Shown piece after piece: positions 12,201 through 23,501 of a stretch of 64,000 bases of DNA. The position numbers were made by a program, and so were the translations under genes. The number at the start of each line of letters is the position of its first letter. Positions within the stretch are counted from its first letter, which is position 1. The notes beneath the pieces are model-generated. The model searched no databases and was not told the DNA's origin. It saw only the letters and a program-made list of their open reading frames with translations. Where the stretch lies: the NCBI RefSeq assembly GCF_964355755.1, contig NC_092680.1, forward strand, positions 15,075,045 to 15,139,044. The letters run 5' to 3'. Source of the DNA: Antedon mediterranea (lineage: Eukaryota; Animalia; Echinodermata).

Positions 12201-15200
12201 CTCGGTAAGGATAGACGTACTGTTAGAAGTACATAAGATAAACCTTCTTCGGTTAACGTTTTTCATTGACGCTATTTTTCAGAAATACGGTTTTCGACGC
12301 ACATAACTAAAGTTTTTTGAAATTCTTGAGCTCGGCTCAGATTGGTTTGTTTACAACGTGAGCAGAGCTTGCGCGTTGTATGTTGGAAAATAGCGTTGAA
12401 GTTAGCGTTTACGAGCTCTTGCGAAAGCTCCCATCTTGAAATCTGTAAGGCTATAATTATAATAATAATAATAATTATTCATATTTCTTTGCGAAATAAT
12501 AGATAACAAATGTTCAACTAATTTGTTCTACATCTATATTTAAGTTGACTGAACTTAAAAACGAATATGTATGACAAACCTAATCAATAGTTGTATATTA
12601 CCAGATTGTATTCGAACCAAGATCCGGAGGTGGAAAGCATGCAGATATCGCCATCGACGACGTCATCCTTTTGCATAATAAATGTATTAAAGGTATGTTA
12701 GTTTTGTCTCTATGCAAACTACCATAAGTAACGCAGTAATAATAAATGTATCCCTTTCCTTGAACATCATGACTAATACTACTACTAAAAATATAAATGA
12801 GTTATGTATATAAATCTAAACATCGTTCTCGTTTCAGTTCCTGAACCGAAATGGACTTCAACTATTGATTGTGACTTTGAAAGTGAAAACAGTTGCAGAT
12901 ACAAAAATGTACGCACGGCAAAATGTAATTGGACTCGTCATGGAGGTAAAACAAAAACAAAGAAAACTGGACCAAGTAATGACCACACATACATATTGAA
13001 TGACGAAAAAGAAGGTATTTCAAATGTTAATTCTAATACAAAAAAAAAACCTATATTTGGTATCTATAACGAACATGCTAATGTACTTTACCTCTACTAC
13101 TGCAATACTCTTTTCATATCCATATTGCAGCTAACATCTTCTAGCCCATATTCTCAAAAGTAGACCAACTTGATAATAATGAATTATTGTTGTGGACTGA
13201 AATACAGGTGAATGATTGGTAAAACGGGTGTCACGAAACCTAAGACCACGAAAGCTAAGACCCCTAAGACCTAAGATCACGAAAGCTAAGACCCAGACCT
13301 AAGATTACAAATATTTATCTTTCGCACCTGCCTTGTATTTTAACTCCAAACATTTATTCTGAATACCACACCTTAGAATTGGCACTTTCATGAAAAAGAA
13401 TCACATAAAAAGTAACAAATACATTTTTAAATTGATGGTTTTACAGACGTTTTTCTCGCACACAAAATGACTAGCCTACTACAGTACAGTAGGCCTACCC
13501 CATGTTCAATGTTTTTGTTTCTATGGAACGTCAAAAGAGCAAAAATTATATAGAGGGCTGAAAACTCTGTGGAGTCCATCTACAGTGTGGATGGAACAAT
13601 GTAAAATTAAAATTGTAATGATAATAGTATAATCATGCAAGTACGAAGAAATAAATACTGGCAAAATAAATTTTAATTTAAAAATCATGATACGTTTTTT
13701 TTTTTTGTTTTCTTTCTGTTTTTATACTTGTACTATTATTGTTGCTCTTTTGGCGCTCCATAGAAGCAAAAACATTGAGCATGGGGAGCTGAGCTCGAGG
13801 AGTTACATTACAGTATACAAAGAAACACATCTGTAAAATCATCAATTTAAAGGATTTATTTATTTGTTATTATGTGTTTCTCCTTCTGAAAGTACTTATA
13901 AGTCCTAATTTTAAAGTGTGGTGTTCAGGATAAAGTTAGTCAACAAATTTGGAGTCAAAATACAAGAAAGGCAGGTGCGTAAGAAAAACATCCTCTGAAC
14001 CAACACAATGGAGTAAATATATACCAACAAACAACCCGTCAAGTTTGTTTGTTGTAAAGAAAAAATATACATTTACTCAACGGGCGAAAATAATGTGAGT
14101 TTATCTATGTTTTGCGGTAGTATTAAATTATATTTATGGTAATAAATTAAACCTACTGTGTTTAAAATTATGTATGGATAAACAAGTATTGTTTTTAAGC
14201 TGTAGTATATCTTAGTATTTGTAATCTTAGGTGTTGGGTCTTAGCTTTCGTGATCTTAGGTCTTAGGGGGTCTTAGCTTTCGTGGTCTTAGGTTTCGTGA
14301 CACCCTTGGTAAAACATTAGCTTTTTACATATATTTTTTATCTTTCAAATAGGGAACTATATGTACATCGAAACGTCACCTCCACGAATACCATTTGACT
14401 CTGCGGAATTATCTAGTCCACTTCTACCTGCCTCTGTTGACTCTAAATGTCTTCATTTTTGGTATCACATGCATGGAAATTCAGTAAGTAGTCTAGAAGT
14501 GTACAGGATAACGCCGGCACTTAGTGAAAAGAAGTTACTGTGGTCGAAAAATGGAGAGCAAGGTGATCACTGGAGAAAAGCAATTCTTCCACTGAACGTA
14601 AAAAGATATTTTAAGAATGGTTCTAAAGAGATAATTGACCACTCAATGAAGGTTAGTCAAAATAATATTATAGAGTATCGGTGGAACATATTCAAATGTA
14701 AGAATAAGATTATTAGGTAAATAAGAAATGGATAGCTTGTTTCGATTACTATTTGCCCATATGTCTGTGGTGCCATGCCTGTAATTGCATATTTCAGTTT
14801 ATGAATTATACTAAATTATTTCATGAGAAAAATAATAATTATGCATGTTTTACTCTTTACCTTTTAATACAGGTACATTTTAAAGGCATAGTTGGCTACG
14901 GATATGAAGGAGATATTGCGATTGATGACGTCAAAGTTGTCATCATGTCATGTGATCCTCCGCCAGAAAGTCCCCCAGTTAACGAAACTAGCTGCGACTT
15001 TGAGAATGGTGTAACGAGATGTGGATTTGAAGAAAACACCAATGAAGATGGCAGTGGAGATGATAGAGAAAATGTGTTGGACTGGACCTTTTTTAATGCA
15101 TCATCCATTAATGGAAACCAAACCATTTCAAATGATACACATGTTGTTCTCTCTCAAAGTAATGAAACATTTCTTACATATTGCCAATTTGTACTGTATA

Positions 15201-16796
15201 TTACTTCTATATAGTACAGTCATATCGTTATAATTAATCGGGTTTTGTTCAAATTTAGTCGGGTATGAGGTTTTCTGGATGGTACTGTACTAGTACTAAC
15301 ACACAAATATTTATTATGTTATATGATACTGTACAATTACCTACCTTAACTAAGTGAGTGTGTGTACATGATATTATGCGGCGGTGACACTGTACTAATA
15401 TTTATAGAATATCTTGCATTAAACTGTGACAATAGTAATATACTAATGAGTTTCGGGGAGTTTGTTTAGATGAGAAATTTAGTAGTATTGTAGTTTATAA
15501 AATAAGATAAGTTGCCGACTTTCCAATCTTTTATATAGCCTACTTCTCCTTATAATACGGTTATACGAATTCAAATTCTACCCAATTGTGTTTACAGCAA
15601 AAATCGTTCCATTTTGTTTAAAACTGTACAATTGACAACAACAATCCACATTAAAAAACACAACAGAGTACGTTTAACCATTCCATGAAGTTTAAATTAA
15701 CAGTTTAAGTGCAAGTTCACACGCCCAGTAAACATATCTATATTTATTTTTTCCAGATCAAAGCTCCTATATATTTGCGAAAGCAGCAGAGTTAAAAACA
15801 GGCCAGCGAGTTGTATTGACATCACCAGATATCTCCGCTGGTTTGTACAACTGTCTACACTATTCGTATGTCAGTACTGGTGATTTTGTTATTGATATCT
15901 ACACCAAGTCATCATCTGGAAAAATAGGCATGGTTTATGCGTTACCCAGAAGACATCAGTCAACATGGCGTAGACACAGAGTCAACATATTACCCCAAGA
16001 AGAAACATTTACGGTAATATTTACTTTGACTATCATTTACTATGTTAAAAAGAGAAATAAATGGAAGGAGAAGAAGAAACTCAAAATAATAAATTCAATA
16101 AAAGGTATAAACAGCATATTTTACAAGAAGCATATGTTATGAAGAAAGGCTGTAGAAGGCACTCAATAAAAAACGATCTATTACGTTTTTATTGCTTGGT
16201 AAAAGATGTTTATTATCTGTTTTTATATCTAAATTTTTAGGTCGTGTTTGAAGGCGTTGTCGGACGATTACGAACCGGTTTTATGGCGCTTGATGATGTC
16301 ATGATAGAAAATGGAAAATGTACCACAGGTCTGTATTTTTATATAATAGAGACGCTTATATTTCTAAAATGTTTTACATTGTAGATAAATTTTCCACAAA
16401 CCGTGTTTTTTGTTTGGCATAATTAAAGATGGACGTTTGTACTTTTAACATTTGTTTTAGTTTGCTATCTGTGTTCAATAAAAATTCCATAACTTAACTT
16501 AGATAATAATATTACCGTGTTTTTGTTTAATTGCAGTGGCTGTTTCAGAAGCGCCTCAAACTCTAGTGAATGAAGCAACAGAACAGTCAAAAACAACCGA
16601 CTCTTTATCCTATAAAATTACCATTGCTTTCCTATCAGTATTGTTTGCAATTACAATGATTCTTCTTGTACTGTTATCAATATATTATTGGAAACAATTA
16701 AAGCATCCGAAAGCTTCAGATGATTCAACCACAGACAATGAACTGAGGGAGAAAGAGGAAACGGATAAGAATGCGTATGCCTCGTTTGAAACCTAA
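3211..16796 (+). CDS. Type I membrane protein with 8 tandem MAM domains (MALRD1/MAMDC4-related family, no LDLa modules seen), paralogue 1, ~1501 aa, 22 exons
   Basis: GT-AG exons read by hand: 3211-3412, 3914-4176, 4395-4479, 4763-4918, 5201-5554, 5688-5864, 7001-7275, 7583-7670, 7814-7972, 9679-9947, 10158-10410, 10760-11016, 11400-11484, 11633-11788, 11933-12204, 12605-12692, 12838-13014, 14353-14651, 14873-15158, 15757-16013, 16241-16328, 16537-16796. Sum is 4506 nt with consistent phases. Signal peptide MNTVFLLLLILSALVC; repeated CxFE..C, DHT..G.Y, CLxFWY and GDIAIDDV MAM motifs; TM ITIAFLSVLFAITMILLVLLSIYYW. Confidence 0.92.
3456..3634. mobile_element. PIF/Harbinger-type MITE in intron 1 of gene 1
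   Basis: TIR AGCTTGGTTCCCACTAG / CTAGTGGGAACCACGCT with extended inverted arms, flanked by TAA/TTA. TIR fragments also occur near 38106 and 39620. Confidence 0.8.
6050..6610. repeat. Degenerate intronic minisatellite (~148-bp duplication plus 39-bp units)
   Basis: GGTGGCACTAATGATGGCTTCGC at 6061 and 6209. 39-bp units beginning TGATTTTG at 6412, 6451, 6490, 6529. Confidence 0.8.
8314..9540. mobile_element. Foldback element with TGT...ACA termini (Ginger-like non-autonomous?) in intron 9 of gene 1
   Basis: TGTTACAACCGTTAATGTAGAAAACGCCAGCTAATGTCG at 8314, with its near-exact reverse complement ending at 9540. Long inverted arms include GACCACCTCT / AGAGGTGGTC sub-repeats. Confidence 0.85.
13226..14305. 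mobile_element. Mutator-like (MuDR) non-autonomous element with 10-bp TSD in intron 17 of gene 1
   Basis: Near-perfect ~90-bp TIRs starting GGGTGTCACGAAACCTAAGACC, exact TSD TTGGTAAAAC at 13216-13225 and 14306-14315, plus further degenerate internal inverted arms. Confidence 0.9.
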
Positions 16797-17821
16797 CACC
16801 TCACCATTTTAAAGCAAAATTACATGATTTAAAAATATTTATATATCTTTAATAAGTTCCTTCTCTTTTCCGATGCCGAGCTTTCGTTTCAGAAAGTTAG
16901 ACGAAAGACGAACATTATAAGGAACTGAATTGTGTATACGCATGCGCACAATAATCTTCTTTTGTCTTTCTATCAACTCGAAACGAAACTGTATTGTACT
17001 CTCCTATAATGTAGTGTGGATTTGGAAAAAATATGTAGTGGTCACAAAACATCCACACGGATTTTGTAATAGGTCTATGCATATTTGTAGTCATTTGTTT
17101 GTTTTTTTTATTACAAACGATCTTGGTTGAACCTAAATTTGTTCGTGCGAGTTCTAATATTCAGAAGCATGTCCGAAGCAAAGGCTTATTATTAATGGTA
17201 TATACTGCAGCTTTGTAGTAATTTCCATTGCTATAACGTATATAATGTAACCTTATTGTAGGTTTTAAAAATTGAAACAATATTTAGTTGAAAATAATAG
17301 TTAAGTATGTGTTGTACACAGTTTCACTTACAAATATAGTATTGAGGATGCAGTTTAACAAATTACTAACGAGTTTAAGTATAACGAGCATATATTATAC
17401 AGTAGTCTGTCACTATAATAAAATATATTACATTACACAATTGTATTGGTAAGCAGTTTTAGTTGTTGTTTATGTTTGTTCGAGAATTCAAAATATTTTG
17501 TATAACATTTAGGAATATAATGAAACGGTAAAAAAATAGTAGATACCATTAATTGAGCTCTTTCAAAAAGTTGATAATGGTGATGGCGAAATTTCTCTTT
17601 CAATTCAATTCAACTTTCAGAAAAACCTAAAATTTGATACATAATACAAAAAAATAATAAATACACTGGATTCCGTAAAAACCATTAACAAATTCTGAAG
17701 GAAAGAGGACCAATACTTCTATTTATTTTTAGTATTCTTTGTGGGCTTTAATTTTTATAAGATCATTACAGAGACATTGGTTGAAGCCTATGTGTCATAT
17801 TAATTGTTGCTTTACTCTCAA

Positions 17822-17912
17822 TGTCTTGTCTTTCGATGGATGAGACGTAAAGCCGTTGGTCCCGCGCACGTTAAAGAACTTGGTAAATTATTCGAAAAGA
17901 GTAGGAGTGTGG
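17822..17912 (+). mobile_element. SINE fragment with Deu/Nin-like core domain
   Basis: GGATGAGACGTAAAGCCG...CACGTTAAAGAAC...TTCGAAAAGAGTAGG resembles the recalled Deu-domain consensus of AmnSINE1/DeuSINE families. Confidence 0.6.
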
Positions 17913-18634
17913 TTACTGTAGCACACTGATGACTGCCATTACATGGGGCTGTAGAAGCTTTAAGCCGAATTCAGTTTCCCGTTAAGCTCGACGACTATAG
18001 CTACATTTACATTTAAATACTGGTAATATCATCATCCCAAAAAAGGTAAGCTTACGAGGGTGCTATTGTGATATTTATTTTGTTTATTGTGATAATAAAA
18101 AATGACGATAATGGTTTATGATACGTTAAAACCAACATCTATTTATTGTTACTAACATTTATTTTGTTTGTTTTTTTACATTTGCATGCGACAGCATCAT
18201 ATACATACATTTTATTTTAATATATCATTTGGGATCAATACATTTCACATCTTAAACATTTGATTAACTATCACATGCAATTCATGTTAATTTTAGTTGG
18301 TGTAGTAATTTTTTTTTATTAAGAGGTGCATGTTTAATCGCAATTTTAAGAAATTTATTTTAAAAGCTTTCAAGTATTTATCGATTTCTTCATAATGTGT
18401 TGATATTTTCATTTTCCATATCAAGTTTAAATTCATTCTTATTAAATTGTTTGTAGTTCTTACTTACTTTAAAATTATGTTTAGAGATATTTTTTTTCTT
18501 GTCCAATAGAAGCATAAATAACACAATGGTCACTGTATAATATATAATTGAAATGGGATAACGTATAACGGCGTGTTATGCATATTTGATATTACAAAAC
18601 CTATTTGAGTGAAAATCTGATATTTTTTTTTTAA

Positions 18635-19437
18635 ACGGTCACATATGAGGAGATCAAAATGTGAGCATCACACCTCTGTCACTCATCCTGGTGATATGCA
18701 AATTAGCTTAAATATGCAAATTAGGGTGAATCTACAGGGTTACCATATTTTAAAAACCACTAGTCAGAGATTTGATTTTTCACTGATTTATTCAGAATGT
18801 ATATTATATAATTATTTGCTCTAATGAAACATTTTACGAAAAAATGACCGGAAGTACAACATTTGACCCTTGACCCAATTTCTCAATGTTTGCATACACT
18901 TTATTTTGCCCTTAAATGATTTAGATACATGTTTCCAATAGCCAGCATAGGACTGCTTTGTAATTCCCAAAAACACATCTTTGTCACACGCCTCGAAAGT
19001 ATGTAAATTAGTTGTACAAGTTGATTGAGTTGATCACAGACATATTCAGAATGTACATATTTCTATTTGCTATAATGAAACATTTTACAAAAAATAACCG
19101 GCGGTACGGCATTAGACCCTCGACCCCATTTCTCAATATTGCATATATAATGAAATTAAAATGTCTGTGAGCTACTACTAATTCGCATACTTTCGAGGTG
19201 TGTGACAAAGATGTGATTTTGGGAATTACAAAGCGGTCCTATGCCGACTATAGGAAACCTGTATCAGAGTCATTTGAGGGCAAATCAAAGTATCTACACA
19301 GATTTGAGTCGCATTATGTATGCAAACATTGACAAATGGGTCAAGGGTCAAATATTGTACTTCCTGTCATTTTTTTCGTAAAATGTATCATCGGGATGAG
19401 GGACAGATATTATGATCTCCTCATCATATGTGACCAT
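18635..19437. mobile_element. Foldback MITE, possibly Kolobok-type (TTAA target)
   Basis: Ends ACGGTCACATATGAGGAGATC / GATCTCCTCATCATATGTGACCAT, flanked by TTAA and TGAA. Long inverted arms at about 18820-19010 versus 19170-19385. Confidence 0.7.
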
Positions 19438-20508
19438 TGAAAAAAACGTAAATGCGGAATAACCCCACTGATCGACCCTCTTTTCCTGGGGCTGACCTAA
19501 GACAATTAAAAAATAGAGCTGTTAGGTCCCCGGAAATTGCACTTTACATGATTTGTTATAAATTTAATAAAACAACATATTATAAGCCTACATGACTAGC
19601 CAACTATAGCGGGGAAAGAAAATGTTTAAAAAATCAACCTGCCAGGTCTCCGAAAATTGCACCTATACTACGAAATATGAAACAAAATATTATAAGCCTT
19701 CATGACTAGCCCTAACATGGTTTGGGCTGAACTAAGAACATTTTAAACAAACAGTGAGACCTCATTGACTCTCGTTTCCCAGACGTTTTTGGGGTCCAGC
19801 AGCTTGGACCTATACATTTATCTAGTTTACAAAATTCCGAAACTGTCAGCCTTAGATATATAGTTTTCACGTTGATAAAGCTTCTTATTGATTATGTCCT
19901 CCGGGGTTTTAGCTGGCTAAAGCCGCGGCGCGAAAATAGAGCTACTAGTTCCCGGAAAATGCACTTATACTTTGAGTATGAAATGAAATATAAGTCCCTG
20001 GGACAGCTCTACAGAAAATGTAGAAAAATAGAGGTGCTAGTGGAACATTTAGCCTCTGATCCTACTATATATCACTATTAACATTATCTTACTATCATCA
20101 TTGTTGTTAGTCGTTAGAAATCTAAAACCGGACCTATCGTACACTGAAATATTATGAGTTAAATTTAGAATAATATAATTGTCAATCAAGTGGCTTAAGT
20201 TCAATAAAAGAGGATCTTCTAGACAATTGTAGTGACTTTATGTTTTTAAGTAACAACTTAATTGATTTAACAATCACAAGTTCCCCAACACAACACATTG
20301 TAAGGCGGATTTGATTTTGTTGCTGACGTACGTTGATGATAAATGTCAGGAAGCAATCAAGCATGCATTCAATCAAACTTAAAATATCAGCTTATTGATT
20401 ATTAAAAAGCGGATATTTTTTCTAGCAATTGTTGATATTGAATTAAGGGGGGACAAGGGGCAGAGTTTACGGTGGGCAGAAATTTTACGAAAACCTACAC
20501 ATGAATCA

Positions 20509-22277
20509 CGCCCGTATTCTTAAACCGGAATTTAGTCGTAGTTCGAAGTTCGACTTGAAAAAGTCGTAGTTCGAGCTATTACTTCAAATTCGATTCGAAA
20601 ACGAAGTAGTCGAAGTTTGCAGTTCGACTTAATGAAGTCGAGCTTTTAGTCGAGTTGCACACGTCTGGGTAACAAAGGCTATACATTGGCCAATGACAAG
20701 AGAGTATTTGAGGAGCAGACGAAATTTTGCGTATTGATATCACTTTCCATTTTCTTACAACACTTTTTACGCATCAGGACTATACATGAAAAATAATTTT
20801 AATCGTTAATTATTAGAACAAGATCAGTATTAATTTAACAGTGAAGTACTTTCGATTAACAACAAACAAAATCTTCAAAATATATTTAGGAACCATGGCG
20901 GACCATATTTATCGTGACAGGCCTGTCACGATAAATATGGTCCGGGGCCAAAATCGGTCCGGCCGGACCAGTTTTGGCTCTAAAATTGTGGCCAAAAGCA
21001 GTCCGCCACTGCCAAAATCGGTCTGGGCTTTTCTTCTGTCGATTTTAATTGAATTACTAGGCCTATGATGCTGTTTTAAGTTGTTTATGGCTAGAAAAAT
21101 ATCCCATGATATATATTAGTAAGTTATCTTGTCGGATAAATACTATAAATAAATGTATTTTATCTAAAAACATGACTTAGGTGTTCACTCATATTTCGGC
21201 CTGCCACACACTCACATGAACGGGTATGAGACGCTGATATTGCCAGCTAGATTTTATTTATGATTGAGGCCTTTTTCCGTCCTCAGCCTAATCAATATTG
21301 GATAATTGTTTTATAATAATTGTATTGAATTGATATATTGATTGATTAACCATAAATAATTAATAAATTAAATTGTTTTTAACATCATGGGGAAACGAAG
21401 ATGTTAAAAAAGAAAAAATGGATTAAAAACAGGCAGAGATACATATTGTATACAAAAAGCTTAATTAGTATTAATTATTGATGAGTTACTACTAATAATG
21501 AAAAAAAAAAACAGGCTTAATTTATAATATTAAAATAACAAATAAATCCCCGTAGTTTTCAATAATGACTAATCATGGCCTTTTTTTTTAATGATATATA
21601 CATTATGACTCATTTTGCGCACCATATATTTGTAAGACCGGACCATATTTGGCGGCCAAAAACAGTCCTACTGCCCAGACCGATTTTATCCAGGCCGGAC
21701 CAGTTTTGGCAGCCAAAATTGGTCCGACCGGACAGGTTTTGGCAGCCATAAATGGTCCCCCGGACTGATTTTGGCAGCCAAAACTGGTCCGCCGGACCGA
21801 TTTTGGCCCGGACTGATTTTGGTGTGACAGGCCCACTAAACATTCCATCGCGTGGTGAATTTCCGCATCTGCCATTGTCGCTATGGCGTGACGTAGTTGA
21901 AGTCGGACTTGCGCGAAGAAAATTATGTAATTTGTATACAGTTGTAAATAAAGATGATTTTCATTATTATAACATATACCAATGTATATTTAATTAAGCT
22001 AATATAAAAATAGATATTTCATTCTTCAATATCTGGCCAATATAACAACTCAATGACTGTTACGTTTTTCATAAACATCGTTTAAAAACCATTTAGTCGA
22101 CCATTTAGTCTGCCCCCTCCAGGACTAAAAAAATCGATCAAAATCCGTCTCGATTTAGTCGAGGTTGGCCTGAATTAGTCGGCGATTTAGTTGAAGTTCG
22201 GTTTATGAATTAAAATGACGTCATTTTTTTAGTTTTAGCTCGAACTACGACTAAAGTCCGGTTTAAGAATACGGGCG
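20509..22277. mobile_element. PIF/Harbinger-type MITE with 3-bp TSD, carrying a nested element
   Basis: TIR CGCCCGTATTCTTAAACCGGA..TTTAGTCGTAGTTCG and its reverse complement ending at 22277. TSD TCA at 20506-20508 and 22278-22280. Confidence 0.85.
20924..21829. mobile_element. TGT...ACA TIR element with GGCC 4-bp TSD (Ginger-like non-autonomous), nested in the Harbinger MITE
   Basis: GGCC|TGTCACG...GTGTGACA|GGCC, with subterminal GCCAAAA / GGACC..TTTTGGC repeats on both arms. Confidence 0.75.
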
Positions 22278-23309
22278 TCAGAGTATTTTTATTTTTATAA
22301 TTGTTTTTATTGAATATTTTAACTAATTATTGGAACCAGTATAAAGTAATGTTTATAGTATTTTTGATGTTCTTATATGTTGCTTTTAAAATGTTGTATC
22401 TCTGTAGTATTCATGTCTAATATATTGAATATTGATTGTTTTAAACAATTATTATAAATATTGCATATTGTAATAATTTGATTAATATACATTTTAACAT
22501 TTTGAAAATGTACTCATATTATTTCCATTTTAATTGTCAAAATAAAATTGAATCTTGAATCTTATTAACGAAATATAGTCTAACTAAATCAATATTTATG
22601 AATGCCATATAAACTATTAAATCATGTATTATATTTTAAGAGTCTGTATAGCATGAGGGTTTTCTGCGAATATTTGATTAAAATAGTAATGCATTAATTA
22701 TTTTTTGTATTTATTTTTTCTAAATCATCATACTATCTTATAGCAAATAACTTGCCAATTACATTATAGATATCCTTTATTGTGCGTATAAATTTGAAAA
22801 TGTTTTATTTGAGAAATAGCATTAGTTACAGTATAAGACTAAGATTGAACTTGAACTAAGGATCGGAATGCATGTATTTTGTTTAGTATTTTTATTACCT
22901 TGTTTAATTAATTTCAAGACTTTTTAAGGAAATAATATGTACATGTAAAACAGAAAAAAACAATTAAGGGAATTATGAAACATAAAGTTTTGATTATGAT
23001 GATATAGTTTATAATATTTTGTTTTAAATGATAGGTTTCGCATGATTGTAATTACAATTTAAATATGTGATTGTAAAATTCATCTAGATTTAAGTAACAA
23101 TATGGATCATGGACGTTTATTTTGTTACAAACCAAAACGAAGTCGGTTTGTGTAAAGAACAACAAAACTGTAATGTTAGTACATTTTTACTTTAAAAAAA
23201 AATCTCCATATTCAAAACAATAGTTTTTTTTTCCTGTTTTGTATTTTTAGCTACCAGGTACCATGATACATTGGAAATGTATACTCGCTTTGGGTACAAC
23301 AGGTAATAA

Positions 23310-23425
23310 ACAATGTGACGTCAGTAAAGGTCACAAGAGGTTCCTGGATGGTACGGTGTACTTCTTACCCTATTCTCACGCACCAATCAAACTTAGATTT
23401 TGCAAGGACGTTGCCTATATAAGAC
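23310..23425 (+). promoter_or_regulatory. Putative proximal promoter of MAM gene 2
   Basis: Perfect CRE TGACGTCA at 23316-23323, AAGGTCAC at about 23327, CCAAT at 23383-23387 and TATATAA at 23416-23422, about 80 bp upstream of ATG 23502. Confidence 0.55.
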
Positions 23426-23501
23426 ACACACTTGAATCGATACGATAGTAAAATTGCTAAACAGAAACAGACGATATCATCAGTGAACCAGTGAAATCAA
23501 T

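Noticed and set aside
19440-20050. Degenerate repeats containing GGTCCCCGGAAATTGCAC-like motifs
   Set aside because: Too decayed to define units, ends or family by eye.
20841-21997. Several 75-90 aa ORFs
   Set aside because: They overlap subterminal repeats of the TGT...ACA element and show no transposase motifs.
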